Assembly (NCBI GenBank): GCA_963667425.1
Contig: OY763407.1
Coordinates: forward strand, 2,201,464 to 2,265,463
Reading direction: 5' to 3'
Length of the DNA stretch: 64,000 nucleotides
Source: a bacterium
GTDB taxonomy: Bacteria; UBP6; UBA1177; G963667425
How positions within the stretch are numbered: the first letter of the stretch is position 1; each line of letters opens with the position of its first letter. The notes below the pieces were generated by a model that was not told the DNA's origin, did no database searches, and saw only the letters and a program-made list of their open reading frames with translations. Positions 48,283 through 60,267 of this stretch are shown here, one piece after another. The translations under genes and the position numbers were made by a program.

Positions 48283-50979
48283 ATGCTGAGTCGTCTAAAA
48301 ATTGGTCACAAAATAGTGATGTCTTTCTCAATATTGCTACTTTTAAGTGGTTTTATTGGGTTCACAGGTTATCGTGGTCTTAATAATATTTTTGAAAAGA
48401 CAGAAGAAGTTGGTCAGACAAGACTCCCGAGTATTTATGGGCTTCTAACTATCAGCAGTGCACAAAGGTCTGTTATTACTGGCGAAAGAGGACTTGTAAA
48501 CAGACGTTTTACTGGCAATGTTAGGACTGCACAGTATGATTATATTCAAAATTCTCTTCAGATGGCTAAAAAAGGATGGGATGTTTATGAGCCTCTTCCT
48601 CAAACAAAAGAAGAGGACAAAATATGGCTGGAGTTTAAATCTGCCTGGGATAGTTGGAGATCAGAATCGGATAAGGTTGTTTCTTTAAGTAAAAATAAAG
48701 ATGCAATGCTTACTCAGGGCTTAAGTTCTGAATCAGAGGATCTTTCTAAAATAGATACTGAAATTTTTAATCAATCTATGGTTTCAAGAACGGCTTATCT
48801 TAAAACCGAAGAGCTTTTGAATAAACTTGTTGAAATAAATAGAGAGCTGGCATTGAAAGATGTAAAGCTTGCAGGAGAAGCAGCTGATTCATCAACAAAG
48901 ACTTTGTTTGCTGTAATAATTTTTTCAATAATTGTAGGCATAATACTTTCTCTGATTTTCAATAAGAATATATCAAGTATAATTTCTTCACTTCTTTCAG
49001 AAGTAGAAAATATTAATGATTCAATTAGCAATGGTCTTCTGGATAGAAGAATAGATGAAGAGAAAATAAATTTTGAGTTCAGACCAATAGTAAAAACAAC
49101 AAATTCTCTCATAAATACTTTTGTTTCACCAATAAATGTGATGGCGGAATATGTAGACAGGATTTCAAAGGGAAATATTCCTCCTAAAATAACAGATAAT
49201 TATAAAGGAGATTTTGTAGAGGTAAAAAATAATCTTAATAACTGTATAGATATAATGAACTCTCTTATAAATGAAACCGAAACTCTTACTAAAGGGATAG
49301 AAAATGGAAAACTTGACATAAGAAGTGATGCTTCAAGATTTATGGGCAGCTGGGGTTCTTTAGTAAAAGGAATAAATGATCTTGTAGATACATTTATAGC
49401 GCCGATAAACACAATGGCGGAATATGTTGAAAAAATATCAAGAGGAGAAATTCCAGCTAAAATAAGAGATGAATATAAAGGTGATTTCAAAGAAGTAAAA
49501 GAAAATTTAAATAGCGCTATTGATGCACTTAATGGTCTTGTTGAAGTAAAAAAAGTGCTTGCTAAAATGGCAGGAAACGATTTTACGGATGAAGTAAAAG
49601 GAACATATCTTGGCGTTTATGAAGATGTAAAACAGTCTGTCAACCTTGTATCAGACAGACTCAGACATGTTCAGGATATAATTGTAAATATTTCTAATGG
49701 TGATACCGGTGATCTTGAAAAACTTAGGAAAGGTGGAAAACGCTCTGAAAAAGATAATTTAGTTCCATCCTTTATAATGATGCTTGAATCTCTTACAGCT
49801 CTCATAAAAGGAGTTGAAGGTTATGCTGAACTTTCTTCAAAGGGAGAACTTGAAAAAATAAATCTTGATGAAAGTAGAATGAAAGGTGCCTACAGAGAGA
49901 TTTTTGCCGGACTTAATAAGGCCGTTAAGTCTACAGTAGAACCTTTGATGGAAACGCTTTCTGTTCTTAAGAAAATGGAACGTGGAGATTTTACAGGAGA
50001 GATAACAGGGAAATATGATGGTTCTTTCCTTATGCTTAAAAATGCAGTAAATAATTCAATTTCATCAATAAGTACTTTGCTTGGAGAAGTTACAAATACG
50101 ACAGCACAAGTATCAAGCGGGTCACAGCAGGTCTCAAGTGCATCGCAGACACTTTCTCAGGGAGCAACAGAACAGGCCTCAAGCCTTGAAGAAATTTCGA
50201 GTTCAATGCAGGAAATAGCCGGTCAGACAGGTAGAAATGCGGAAAATGCAGTAGAAGCAAATGGTCTTGCCGTGGAAACTACGAGTGTTGCGGAAAAAGG
50301 TACAGGACAGATGAATCAGCTTTTAAATGCAATGTCTGAAATACAGAAATCAAGTAACGAAATATCAAAAATTATTAAAGTAATAGATGAAATAGCCTTT
50401 CAGACAAATCTTCTTGCACTGAATGCAGCTGTTGAAGCAGCCAGAGCTGGTATTCATGGTAAAGGCTTTGCTGTTGTTGCGGAAGAAGTAAGAAACCTTG
50501 CAGCTAGAAGTGCAAAAGCGGCGAAAGAGACAGGGGAAATGATAGAAAATGCTGTCCAGAAATCCAATGCCGGAGCAGAAATGTCAAAAGATACTGCCGC
50601 TATACTGAGTCAAATAGTTTCCAATATATCTAAAGTTTCTAACATTGTTGCAGAAATAGCCGCTGCATCAAATGAGCAGGCTCAGGGTGCATCACAGATA
50701 AATATTGGTCTCAGTCAGGTTGAGCAGGTTACACAGTCAAATACTGCAAGTGCAGAGCAGTGTGCCGCGGCTTCGGAAGAACTTAGTAGCCAGGCAGCAT
50801 ATCTTGAAAGTATGCTTAAGAAGTTTGTTCTTAAAGATGATATGAGATCATTTAAATCTCAAGGTAGTATTGGAATGAGAGCAAGACAATCTTCTGCTAT
50901 AGAAAACAAACCTTCAAGAAGAGTTCAGACACCTGAAGAAATAATTTCTCTTGATGATGATTCTTTCGGTAAATACTAA
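48283..50979 (+). CDS. Methyl-accepting chemotaxis protein with four-helix-bundle-type sensor and multiple HAMP-like domains
   Basis: TM, RLPSI...YEPLPQT.EE sensor, TM, repeated GxIP.KI...YKGDF units, [21 protein letters not shown]-terminal SFGKY. Confidence 0.95.
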   Translation: MLSRLKIGHKIVMSFSILLLLSGFIGFTGYRGLNNIFEKTEEVGQTRLPSIYGLLTISSAQRSVITGERGLVNRRFTGNVRTAQYDYIQNSLQMAKKGWDVYEPLPQTKEEDKIWLEFKSAWDSWRSESDKVVSLSKNKDAMLTQGLSSESEDLSKIDTEIFNQSMVSRTAYLKTEELLNKLVEINRELALKDVKLAGEAADSSTKTLFAVIIFSIIVGIILSLIFNKNISSIISSLLSEVENINDSISNGLLDRRIDEEKINFEFRPIVKTTNSLINTFVSPINVMAEYVDRISKGNIPPKITDNYKGDFVEVKNNLNNCIDIMNSLINETETLTKGIENGKLDIRSDASRFMGSWGSLVKGINDLVDTFIAPINTMAEYVEKISRGEIPAKIRDEYKGDFKEVKENLNSAIDALNGLVEVKKVLAKMAGNDFTDEVKGTYLGVYEDVKQSVNLVSDRLRHVQDIIVNISNGDTGDLEKLRKGGKRSEKDNLVPSFIMMLESLTALIKGVEGYAELSSKGELEKINLDESRMKGAYREIFAGLNKAVKSTVEPLMETLSVLKKMERGDFTGEITGKYDGSFLMLKNAVNNSISSISTLLGEVTNTTAQVSSGSQQVSSASQTLSQGATEQASSLEEISSSMQEIAGQTGRNAENAVEANGLAVETTSVAEKGTGQMNQLLNAMSEIQKSSNEISKIIKVIDEIAFQTNLLALNAAVEAARAGIHGKGFAVVAEEVRNLAARSAKAAKETGEMIENAVQKSNAGAEMSKDTAAILSQIVSNISKVSNIVAEIAAASNEQAQGASQINIGLSQVEQVTQSNTASAEQCAAASEELSSQAAYLESMLKKFVLKDDMRSFKSQGSIGMRARQSSAIENKPSRRVQTPEEIISLDDDSFGKY

Positions 50980-51197
50980 AATCAATCTCAAGAAAAGAAC
51001 GTCATAAAAACTATGTAAAATTCAAAACATCTTAAAAAAGATTCAAAATGTCCGATGTTTAAAAAAGTGTGAAATTTGGCATCACAGATTTTCTCTAAAC
51101 GTTGATACACAAGGGAAATAAATTTTCCAGTGTTTTAAAAAGTCAGAAAAAAGAAATATTAACCTCTAAAATCCATCAAAAAAAAGACTTCAATTAC

Positions 51198-51226
51198 TTG
51201 ACATTCGTAAATTACAGCGGTAATAA
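51198..51226 (+). promoter_or_regulatory. Putative sigma70 promoter
   Basis: TTGACA-17 nt-TAATAA upstream of the large protease gene. Confidence 0.45.
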
Positions 51227-51286
51227 ATTCAAAGTGACTTATTTAAAGCCCGTTTATTTTATTAATAAATTTCTGGAGAAAATGTT

Positions 51287-54200
51287 ATGAAAAGGTTCCT
51301 GTTTTTTTCCTGTTTTATTTTTGCATGCAGTTTTTTGTATGCAGTTTTTTGTATGCAGGAAGTTTCACTTCAGCTATTTCAACAGATGAAATAACTGTTG
51401 AAAAGTTAAATGGCTCAGCATATTTTACAGGAGCAGTATTAACAGCAATACCAGGTTATCCTGCTCTCCCAGTAACTGAAATAAACTTTCTTCTGCCTGA
51501 TGAAGCAAATCTTTCAACAGTCACAGCATACCTTGAAAACGGTTACCAGGAAACCATTTTTCCTGAAGAATGGGATGTTGAACCAGCACCGCCTGATATT
51601 TGCGGGGAAGAGATGACACCATGCTGGCATTCATCCCTGCATATATCAGATAATAGAGATACAGATGTCTATTCAATGAATTCATATATAAACGGCAAAT
51701 ATGTAGATACAGTAACAACAGGAAAAACCAGCGGATATAAGTTTGTAAGAGTTAAAGTTCTTCTCTTTGACTATAATCCGGCTGCAAAAAAATTAAAAAA
51801 GCTTGAGAACGCCAGACTCACAGTAACATTTTCAGGAGGAGACAATGAAATAACAATACCCTCAAGACTTTCTCCAAACAAACTTCAGGCACTAGCAAAA
51901 CTGCCGGAAGATTTTATAAACTATGATGAAATTGACTTTATAAATAACAATGTTGCCTTTTCAGCAATAGCAGGCAATGATCAGAATAAATACTATATAA
52001 TAACAACAGATGCAATATACAGTTCATCAGTACAGATGAAAAGATTTATAGCATCCAAAATGGCAAGAGGCTTTGAAGTTCATCTGGTGACAGAAGAATA
52101 TTCCATAATTAATAATGGAAAGAAAATGGGACTTACAGGCTGGGCAGGAGAAGTAGGACTAACAGGATATGAAGCAGCAGAAAAGATAAGAAGTTATCTT
52201 GTATCAAGACAGAACAAGATAGATTACCTTCTTTTAATAGGAGATCCACATCCAGGAGAATGTACCGGTCAGGATGCAGATGGTGATTATCTTCCCGGAT
52301 ACCAGTGCAATGATGGCGGAGATGTTCCAATGAAATGGATAAGCACAACAGCATTATCATCATGGATCGATTATTGTCAAGACAAGCCTAAACCTCATGA
52401 TTATTATGATTGTGTAAACATTGATGATCATGCAAGCCCAAAAAGAGCCACACCTTCAGATTATTATTATGCAGATCTGGACTCGAACTGGGATCATGAT
52501 GGAGACAAACTGATTGGAAACGATGTTACAGTCTATTGTCATGATTCATCTGCAACATCAGCAGAAAACTGTACTGACTGGAAAACAACAAAACTTGATG
52601 GTGCAATTAAAAGGATGTCCGATTCATCATATATAAACAGAACAGCAGAAGTCATAGTTGGCAGAATACCGGTTTACAATAACAACATAGATGATCTGGA
52701 CAGCATACTCTTAAAAACAATAAAATATGAAAACACAACAAAAGAAGGTGCGCAGTGGAGAAAAAACATATTTCTTCCAATGTATCCTTCAAATGTTAGC
52801 ACACCTAACTGGGAACTTGGAGAAGCGATAGTAAATAATTTTCTTCCGTCAGACTTTGAATATTACCGGTTTTATATCAGCGAAATATACAATGATTTTA
52901 ACTATAATAAAATTGGAGCATATACAAATATAAAAGGAAACCAAGGAACATCGTACAGAGAAATAGATGGAGTCAATGATGAATGTTATTACACAGTGGA
53001 TGATTATGGGATCCCCAATAATATCAGATATAAAAGTCTTGGTAATTCAAAATATCAGAAATATATATGTAAGGAATATAAAACAAATATAGATAAAAAC
53101 AGAACATTAAGATTAGCCTACTGGGACAAAGAAGGAGGAGAAGTAACACTGACCAGTCAAAATATTCCGCTGATAGAAAGCTGTAGCGAAGGAGAAGAGC
53201 GGTATACTGTCTGTTACGATACAGCATATCATTATGAAGAACAGATGAAACTTCAGCTTCAGCAGTGTGATTCATCAGGCAATTGGAATGATATTGAAAA
53301 TTCATGCAAAAATTTTAATGAAGTAAAAAGAACCTATTTTTTCTGTGAATATAACAGTAACAAAGAAGCCACATTTAAACTGTATAAATTTAATTCGGGT
53401 GAATGGACAGGAGAAGGAAGCTGCGTAACAGATTTAGATTCTGATATACCGTATATGGCACCTTTTCATGTAAGCAAATACTACAGATTTGACCTTCTTG
53501 AACCGGAAGAAGAAGCAGATATTGATCCTCTTTTTGGTTCAGTACCGACAACGCCTTCATATAAAAACATGCTGGATGTATTCAACAATTCTAAACAATT
53601 CGGAATTGTAACATGGAAAACACATGGGAGAGAAAATTACTCCAGTGAGCTAATAATAAATAATGATATTTTAGCAAAGAACCATGGTCATTATATTAAT
53701 TTTGATAATGAACATCCATTTTTTACAGTACAAGTAAGCTGCCTGAATGCAAAACCGGAATATAACAGAAACGTAGCATATGCATTACTTTTAAATGGAG
53801 CTGTGGGAACAATTGCATCAACAAGAGAATCCGGCTATAACTCAAGTGAATTTGATGAAAAAACTGAGAAGTTTACAAACACAGATTTAGAAGGCAATAA
53901 TACAGGAAACAATGCTTCTTTGGGCTACTTTTTTACCCGAGAACTCACTGGAACAAGATTTAAAGAACCTCAGGATACAGGGCATGCTCTGTTTAACACA
54001 AAAGCTGATAATTATTCAAATATTAACAACAACAATCGTTACAATCTTTATGGAGACCCATCACTCAGCATCAACACCTACTATGATGAAAGAGATAGAG
54101 ATGATGATGGAATACGAGACAGTTTTGATACATGCCCTGAAATTCCAAATCCGGATCAGGCAGATATGGATGGAGACGGAGTCGGAGATGTCTGCGACAA

Positions 54201-56913
54201 CTGCATAAAGATACCCAACCCATACGAAGCAGCTTCATTTGCAGATGAGCTCATAAATGGAGAATGCGTAATAGATCATGATACAGATGGAAATTGTACA
54301 GAAGAAGGAGATGGCGGAGCATACCGCAACAAAGATACCCATAAACACGGTTATCCTGTCAACCCTGATCTTATCTATTTCGGTCCGTACATGTGGCAGC
54401 CAGATCACGATCTTGACGGCGAAGGCGATGCCTGTGACAAGGATTACAAATATGTACAAACAGCAAAAGAGGAAAAAAACAGCGTAACCGGAGGGGGCTG
54501 TAAATGGGAAGGTAAAATAGAATTCTGTAACGTAACAACCACATTAAATGATAAAATCGGCATAATAAACAATAAAACAGGTTCACAGAAAACAGTAACA
54601 GGAACAGTTGACAGCCGTTTCTGCTGGGTTGATGATTCAAATCTTAACAAATGGGGAACAGAAGGCTACTGTACAACAAATTTCGGTTCAGCAGGGCTCC
54701 CTCCCATATTTGGAGGCTTTGGTTACAGCCACGGTAGCGACCCACACCCTATGAGAGGTATTAAAATTGAATCGTGGAAAAAAATATCAACATCCAAAAT
54801 ATGTGACAGCACAGGAGAAACATACAGCAATGCTGAACCGCCGCAGAATAACAACAATCAGGAAACTATTACATGGGACTGGAAAGAAGATATAAAATGT
54901 GAATCTCTTGATAGTTATACTGCCAATATAACAAACTATCAGACAGTTACAGATAAAAAATATCTTAATACATTCTTTCACTACACAACATCAGCAGGAT
55001 TCAGAGGAACAGAGCTAAATGTATCCTACACAATAGGAACAGAAGCAACAAGTCCTGTTAATCCTAAATACTTTTACAACAAGGCAACATTTGCAAGAGC
55101 AAACAGATCACAGGCAACCCCTACATCAATAGGATACGGGGTAGTCGGCAGAAGATTCCCGAGAGGCTTTTTCTGGGAATATCTCTATCCATATCCTGAT
55201 TACGGTTTTGATAAAGATATGTGCCCGAACTGCGGACCTAGAGACAGGATAAGCAGAGATATTATGAATAGATGGAAAGAAGAACCTTTACATGAAGCAG
55301 TTTCAGTAGAAACCATAAGAATGGAGCCGGAAGGCGCCGTAATGGAAATAGGAGACAACCTTTATAAATTCAGCAGAGGAACAGAAAACTACTGGTACAT
55401 GTGGGGAAATGAAGAAAGCAGAAGAAGTGACTGGCAGCTTATGGCAGTAGTTTCAGCAGGAGCAGCAGAACCATATTCAGCAGCTAAAGTAGGAAACACT
55501 ACATATATAACCGAAGGAACAGGAGTCTACTATGTTGGAATATACAACATTCTTCAACAGGCATCAGCATTAAACAGCACAAGTGCGGAAAATCAGGCAA
55601 CAATAAACACAGCCAGACTCTACTATGCAGCTGAACTTCCATCAGTAAGAAAACCAAACCTTATAAACATAAACGACACACTCTATCTTCTTGGAAACGG
55701 CTCAAGCGTAATGGAACTCTACAAACTCTCATCAGAAAAAACATTTGAAAAAGTAAGCACCTTAAATGCGCCGGCAATAAGAGACAGAATAAACTACAAA
55801 GTAATAAATGGAGCGCTTTACATAGCAGGAGGCGGAAACTATACAAATGAAGAATATGGAATAAGCCCAAAAACAGATCTATGGCAGTACACAGAAGAAA
55901 GCGGATTTAATAAAATCACAGATTCACTACCAAAAGAAGGAATATTCAACCTCTTCATAACAGCCACAGCAGACAAAGCCATACTCTACACCAAACAGAT
56001 AAACGATGAAGGTAAAACCCTTAAAAGAGAAGTAGACCTTGAAACAGGAGAAATAACAACAACAGAAACAGCAGTAAAAGGCTGGACAAACAATATACTC
56101 TATAACGAAGGTTACTGCATATACGACACAGGAAGCAGAATATACCCCGGAATCCTTAAGGAAGGAAGCTGCACAAAACAGTCAGATTACAACTATGACA
56201 GCCACACATACTTTGACTATAAAAAGACAGTAGCAGGCTGGAACAACCATCTCTACCTTGGAGGACTCAGCGGAATAAGAGAAATAACAATAGAAGAAGA
56301 CGGAGACCTCAACAAAGAAAAACTCCACTGGTTAGGGAACATCAACAACATAGCAGTAAAAGACAACTACCTCTATGGAGCAGGAGGCAATAAAATAGAA
56401 ATCCTCAAAATAGAAAGTGATGGAAGCCTCAGCGGAAAGAACGCCCTTTCAACCAAAGACTGTGACAACATAAGAATACACGGAAGCTATTTAATAGCCG
56501 GAGAAAACAAAAAAGTTACAATATGGGACATAAGCACACTCGAAAACCCCAAAAAAGTAAAAACCATAAGTGTAGACTATCCTGTAAAAGATATAGAAAT
56601 CGGCGGAAACTATCTTTACATCTATCATGACAAGCTATTCAAAACAGGAAAGCTGGCACTTTACGACATAAGTGATATACTTAATCCGGTAAAGAAAGAT
56701 GAAGAAAAGAAAGAATGTAATGACGCAGAGCTTACAGTAAGCGGAGGCGAAGTATACATGGGCTGCAAGAACGGACAGTACAAAGCAGTAAACAGTAACG
56801 GCTCATTAAGCCTTAAGAAAATGAGCGGAGAAAAGAACTACATGAGAGAAGCCTACTACTACAATGGAATAATATATCAGGTATTTTCCGGCAAACTCCA
56901 TGAATCAAAATAA
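51287..56913 (+). CDS. Large C25 (gingipain-like) cysteine peptidase with propeptide, TSP3 repeats and C-terminal beta-propeller-like repeats; signal peptide frameshifted (intact ORF 51325-56913)
   Basis: PGYPALP propeptide, YYIITT, YLLLIGDP, PSDYYYADL, VGRIP, WKTHG and VSCLN candidate dyad, YNLYGDP; DRDDDGI..D.CP..NPDQ.D.DGDGVGDVCD repeats; LVIVD-like WDIS/YDISD. Confidence 0.85.
51325..51358 (+). repeat. 14-bp tandem duplication (ATGCAGTTTTTTGT x2 plus ATGCAG)
   Basis: Read directly: 51325-51338, 51339-51352, partial 51353-51358. Confidence 0.95.
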
Positions 56914-56930
56914 TTAATGTGTTTTATTGT

Positions 56931-56957
56931 GTAGCGACGCCCCTATGGGCGTCGTTT
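56931..56957 (+). repeat. GTAG-type REP-like palindrome, copy 1
   Basis: GTAGCGACGCCCCTATGGGCGTCGTTT; stem CGACGCCC/GGGCGTCG; identical to 60178-60204. Confidence 0.85.
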
Positions 56958-56968
56958 ATGAGGAAACG

Positions 56969-58591
56969 ATGAAAAGAACAATTCTTTTAACCTTTTTAAT
57001 ATTATTTGTTTTTTCAATAACAGGATGTGATAAAGATAAAGCAGAAACTGACGGAGATGTCATCACTGATGCTGACGTTATAACAGATGTTGACACCATT
57101 AAAGATGCAGATGCTTCAGTTCCCGATGAAGACACAGACATTCAACCGGATCTTGACACAGAAAAGCCTGACATAGATGACATATGTGCTCAACCAATAG
57201 ACTATTCTTTACTTCCATTTAAAGATGACAAAGGCAACATTCACTTCTGTAGAGAAGGATGTGACATTCCAACTGCAAACGACCCGCAATGCCTAAGCAA
57301 TCTCTGGAAAGAGGATAATGAATATTTCTGCAAAAACTATCCTGAATATGACTGCTGCAACTATCCATGTGATCTGAATAATTTAATTCCAACCTACAAA
57401 GGAGAAGGAACAAACTATCCAACACTTATGGAATGTGATATAGCACTTAATGCAAACAATCCTAATTTGTGGCAGACAGGCTACTACACATTTAAAAATT
57501 TTAACTTTCAGGATGGAAAGATTGGTTTTCCCATGTATAATGTTCAAAGCACATTTACAAGACATATAAACAGCGTAAAAGCATTTGAATATGATATTAA
57601 AACAAAAAAATACAGCGTAAAAAGCCTGACTGATGCCAGTTTACTTGCCTACAATAAAGGAAACTTCTTTACATACGTAACCACTAAAGATTCCTTATAC
57701 AGTACAATAGTCTATTACTCCAATGGAGTGCATAGAACAGTATATCCTAAAGCAGTAAGAAATATAGCATATACACCGGTAATAACAGATAAGTGGGCAT
57801 TTGCAAATATAAGAGAAAAAGAAGGTGAATCAGTCTACATGAAATATGCTCTTATCAAAGAATACAATGGAAACGCAAGTTATGAAAACATTGTATGGAA
57901 CTGGATAACCCTTTCTGAAGGAATAGCAAATGACCCCAACATAGTTGATGACAGACTTGTATTTTACGGAGACGGATTTAAAGGTTATATATGTGAGCTT
58001 GACAAAGAGCCTAAATCGCTTGATGAATGCAAAGTGATTAACAGAACCATTGATGGAAAAATGGAAGAACTTAGATATGCATGGATGGACAGTGAAAACA
58101 AAAACCTTATCTATTTTTCACCGGTAGAGATGAGAGATGGATTTATGAGGTTAGATACATCAAAAGAACCGTGGGAGTATAAAAAGTTTACAGTACAAAA
58201 TTTAATGGAAGACACTTATGATGTTGCTGTAACTTTTGTAAAAGGAAATTTATTATCATATATAAATATTTCATGGCCTGACGGAGACAGAGATAAACAA
58301 AAAAACAATCTTTGTATGTATAGACTTGATCAGGAAAAAAGCTACTGTTCACCAATAGAAGAAAGAACTACTGCCGCTTATACAGAATTTGACGAGCACT
58401 ATATAGCATGGCAGCTGCCCGGTAACCCAGAACTCCATTTAAGAGATATGGAATGTTACTGCGACCTTCACCCTGAAGTCTGCCCTTATGATGACTACAC
58501 CCCAAACACTGAATGTCCTAAAAACATAAAGACAGGCAAACATGAATGCACGGATGCTGATAATGAATCACCTGATGAAGATGCTGAATGA
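56969..58591 (+). CDS. Cys-rich lipoprotein, tandem paralogue 1
   Basis: MKRTILLTFLILFVFSITGC lipobox, acidic linker; GAGG RBS before ATG at 56969. Confidence 0.86.
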   Translation: MKRTILLTFLILFVFSITGCDKDKAETDGDVITDADVITDVDTIKDADASVPDEDTDIQPDLDTEKPDIDDICAQPIDYSLLPFKDDKGNIHFCREGCDIPTANDPQCLSNLWKEDNEYFCKNYPEYDCCNYPCDLNNLIPTYKGEGTNYPTLMECDIALNANNPNLWQTGYYTFKNFNFQDGKIGFPMYNVQSTFTRHINSVKAFEYDIKTKKYSVKSLTDASLLAYNKGNFFTYVTTKDSLYSTIVYYSNGVHRTVYPKAVRNIAYTPVITDKWAFANIREKEGESVYMKYALIKEYNGNASYENIVWNWITLSEGIANDPNIVDDRLVFYGDGFKGYICELDKEPKSLDECKVINRTIDGKMEELRYAWMDSENKNLIYFSPVEMRDGFMRLDTSKEPWEYKKFTVQNLMEDTYDVAVTFVKGNLLSYINISWPDGDRDKQKNNLCMYRLDQEKSYCSPIEERTTAAYTEFDEHYIAWQLPGNPELHLRDMECYCDLHPEVCPYDDYTPNTECPKNIKTGKHECTDADNESPDEDAE

Positions 58592-60159
58592 AAAGAACAA
58601 TTTTTTCAAGCTTTTTAATATTATTTGTTTTTTCAATAACAGGATGTGATGAAGATAAAGCAGAAACTGACGGAGATGTCATCACTGATGCTGACGTTAT
58701 AACAGATATTGACACAGCCCAGGATGCAGATGCTTCAGTTCCCGATGAAGACACAGACATTCAACCGGATCTTGACACAGAAAAGCCTGATGAAGACAAA
58801 TGTCCATCAATAGACACATATACACTTCCATTTAAAGATGACAAAGGCAACATTCACTTCTGTAGAGAAGGATGTGACATTCCAACTGCAAACGATCCGC
58901 AGTGCCTAAGCAATCTCTGGAAAGAAGATAATGAATATTTCTGCAAAAACTATCCTGAATATGACTGTTGCAACTATCCATGTGATATGGATAATTTACA
59001 GCCTGCATATAAAGAAAATGAGCCGGAAATTAATATCTGTGATACAGAAATAAATGCAATTAATCCTTATGGCTGGAATACAGGCTACTACACATTTAAA
59101 AACTTTAACTTTCAGGATGGAAAGATCGGTTTTCCAATGTATAATGTTCAAAGCACATTTACAAGACATATAAACAGCGTAAAAGCATTTGAATATGATA
59201 TTAAAACAAAAAAATACAGCGTAAAAAGCCTGACTGGCGGAGATATGCTTGCATACAATAACGGCAACTTTTTTACATATATAAAAATAAAAGATACAGT
59301 AAAACATCTTATAACCTACTATTCCAATGGAACATACAGAACAGTCTACCCAACAACTATTAGAAATATAGCATATACACCGGTAATAACAGATAAGTGG
59401 GCATTTGCCAATATAAGAGAAAAAGAAGGTGAATCAGTCTACATGAAATATGCTCTTATCAAAGAATACAATGGAAACGCAAGTTATGAAAACATTGTAT
59501 GGAACTGGATAACCCTTGCAGCAGGAATAGCCAACGACCCCAACATAGTTGATGACAGGCTTGTATTTTACGCTGATGGATTTAAAGGCTATATATGCGA
59601 GCTTGACAAAGAACCAAAGTCAATTGATGAATGCAAACTGATTAACAGAACCATTGATGGAAAAATGGAAGAGATAAGACAGTCATGGATGGACAGTGAA
59701 AACAAAAACCTGATATACTTTTCACCTGTAGATATGACAGATGGATTTATGAGATTAGATACATCAAAAGATCCTTGGGAGTATAAAAAGTTTACAGTAA
59801 CTAAAACTTATACAGACACCTATGATGTAGCTATCGCTCAAGTCAAAGGGAAATATATAGTTTACGAAAATATAATCTGGCCGAATGGAGATAGAGATGA
59901 ACAGGATAACATTGTCTGTCTTTACAGGATAGATCAGGAAAAAAGTTACTGCCCGGCAGATGGAGACAGAGCTTTTGGAGCATATGCAGAATTTGACGGA
60001 CACTACATAGCATGGCAGCTGCCAAGCAACCCTGAACTACATTTAAGAGATATGGAATGCTACTGTGACCATCACCCTGAAGTATGCCCTTATGATGATT
60101 ACACCCCAAACACTGAGTGCCCTAAAAACATAAAGACAGGTGAACATGAATGCAAATAA
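58588..60159 (+). CDS. Cys-rich lipoprotein, tandem paralogue 2
   Basis: Same lipobox; long identical blocks with paralogue 1; ATGA overlap. Confidence 0.88.
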   Translation: MKRTIFSSFLILFVFSITGCDEDKAETDGDVITDADVITDIDTAQDADASVPDEDTDIQPDLDTEKPDEDKCPSIDTYTLPFKDDKGNIHFCREGCDIPTANDPQCLSNLWKEDNEYFCKNYPEYDCCNYPCDMDNLQPAYKENEPEINICDTEINAINPYGWNTGYYTFKNFNFQDGKIGFPMYNVQSTFTRHINSVKAFEYDIKTKKYSVKSLTGGDMLAYNNGNFFTYIKIKDTVKHLITYYSNGTYRTVYPTTIRNIAYTPVITDKWAFANIREKEGESVYMKYALIKEYNGNASYENIVWNWITLAAGIANDPNIVDDRLVFYADGFKGYICELDKEPKSIDECKLINRTIDGKMEEIRQSWMDSENKNLIYFSPVDMTDGFMRLDTSKDPWEYKKFTVTKTYTDTYDVAIAQVKGKYIVYENIIWPNGDRDEQDNIVCLYRIDQEKSYCPADGDRAFGAYAEFDGHYIAWQLPSNPELHLRDMECYCDHHPEVCPYDDYTPNTECPKNIKTGEHECK

Positions 60160-60177
60160 ATTATTGGTTTTTTATTG

Positions 60178-60204
60178 GTAGCGACGCCCCTATGGGCGTC
60201 GTTT
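60178..60204 (+). repeat. GTAG-type REP-like palindrome, copy 2
   Basis: Identical 27-mer to 56931-56957, here followed by GCTAC. Confidence 0.85.
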
Positions 60205-60267
60205 GCTACGCCGTTTGAGGGATTACAAATGAAAAAGATATTTAACTTTTTTGAAGTTTTTCATAAA

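Noticed and set aside
50980-51280. Riboswitch or ncRNA in the 300-bp gap
   Set aside because: No recognisable aptamer motif or strong stem by eye; an Rfam covariance search would be needed.
51102-51290. 62-aa ORF upstream of the large protease
   Set aside because: No clear RBS, and it runs through the putative promoter and RBS of the protease gene.
56969-60159. Diversity-generating retroelement TR/VR pair
   Set aside because: Both copies are whole coding genes, differences include indels and non-adenine changes, and no reverse transcriptase is present.
56931-60204. CRISPR array or integron attC interpretation of the 27-bp repeats
   Set aside because: Only two copies 3.2 kb apart; no spacers, cas genes, integrase or attC core sites.
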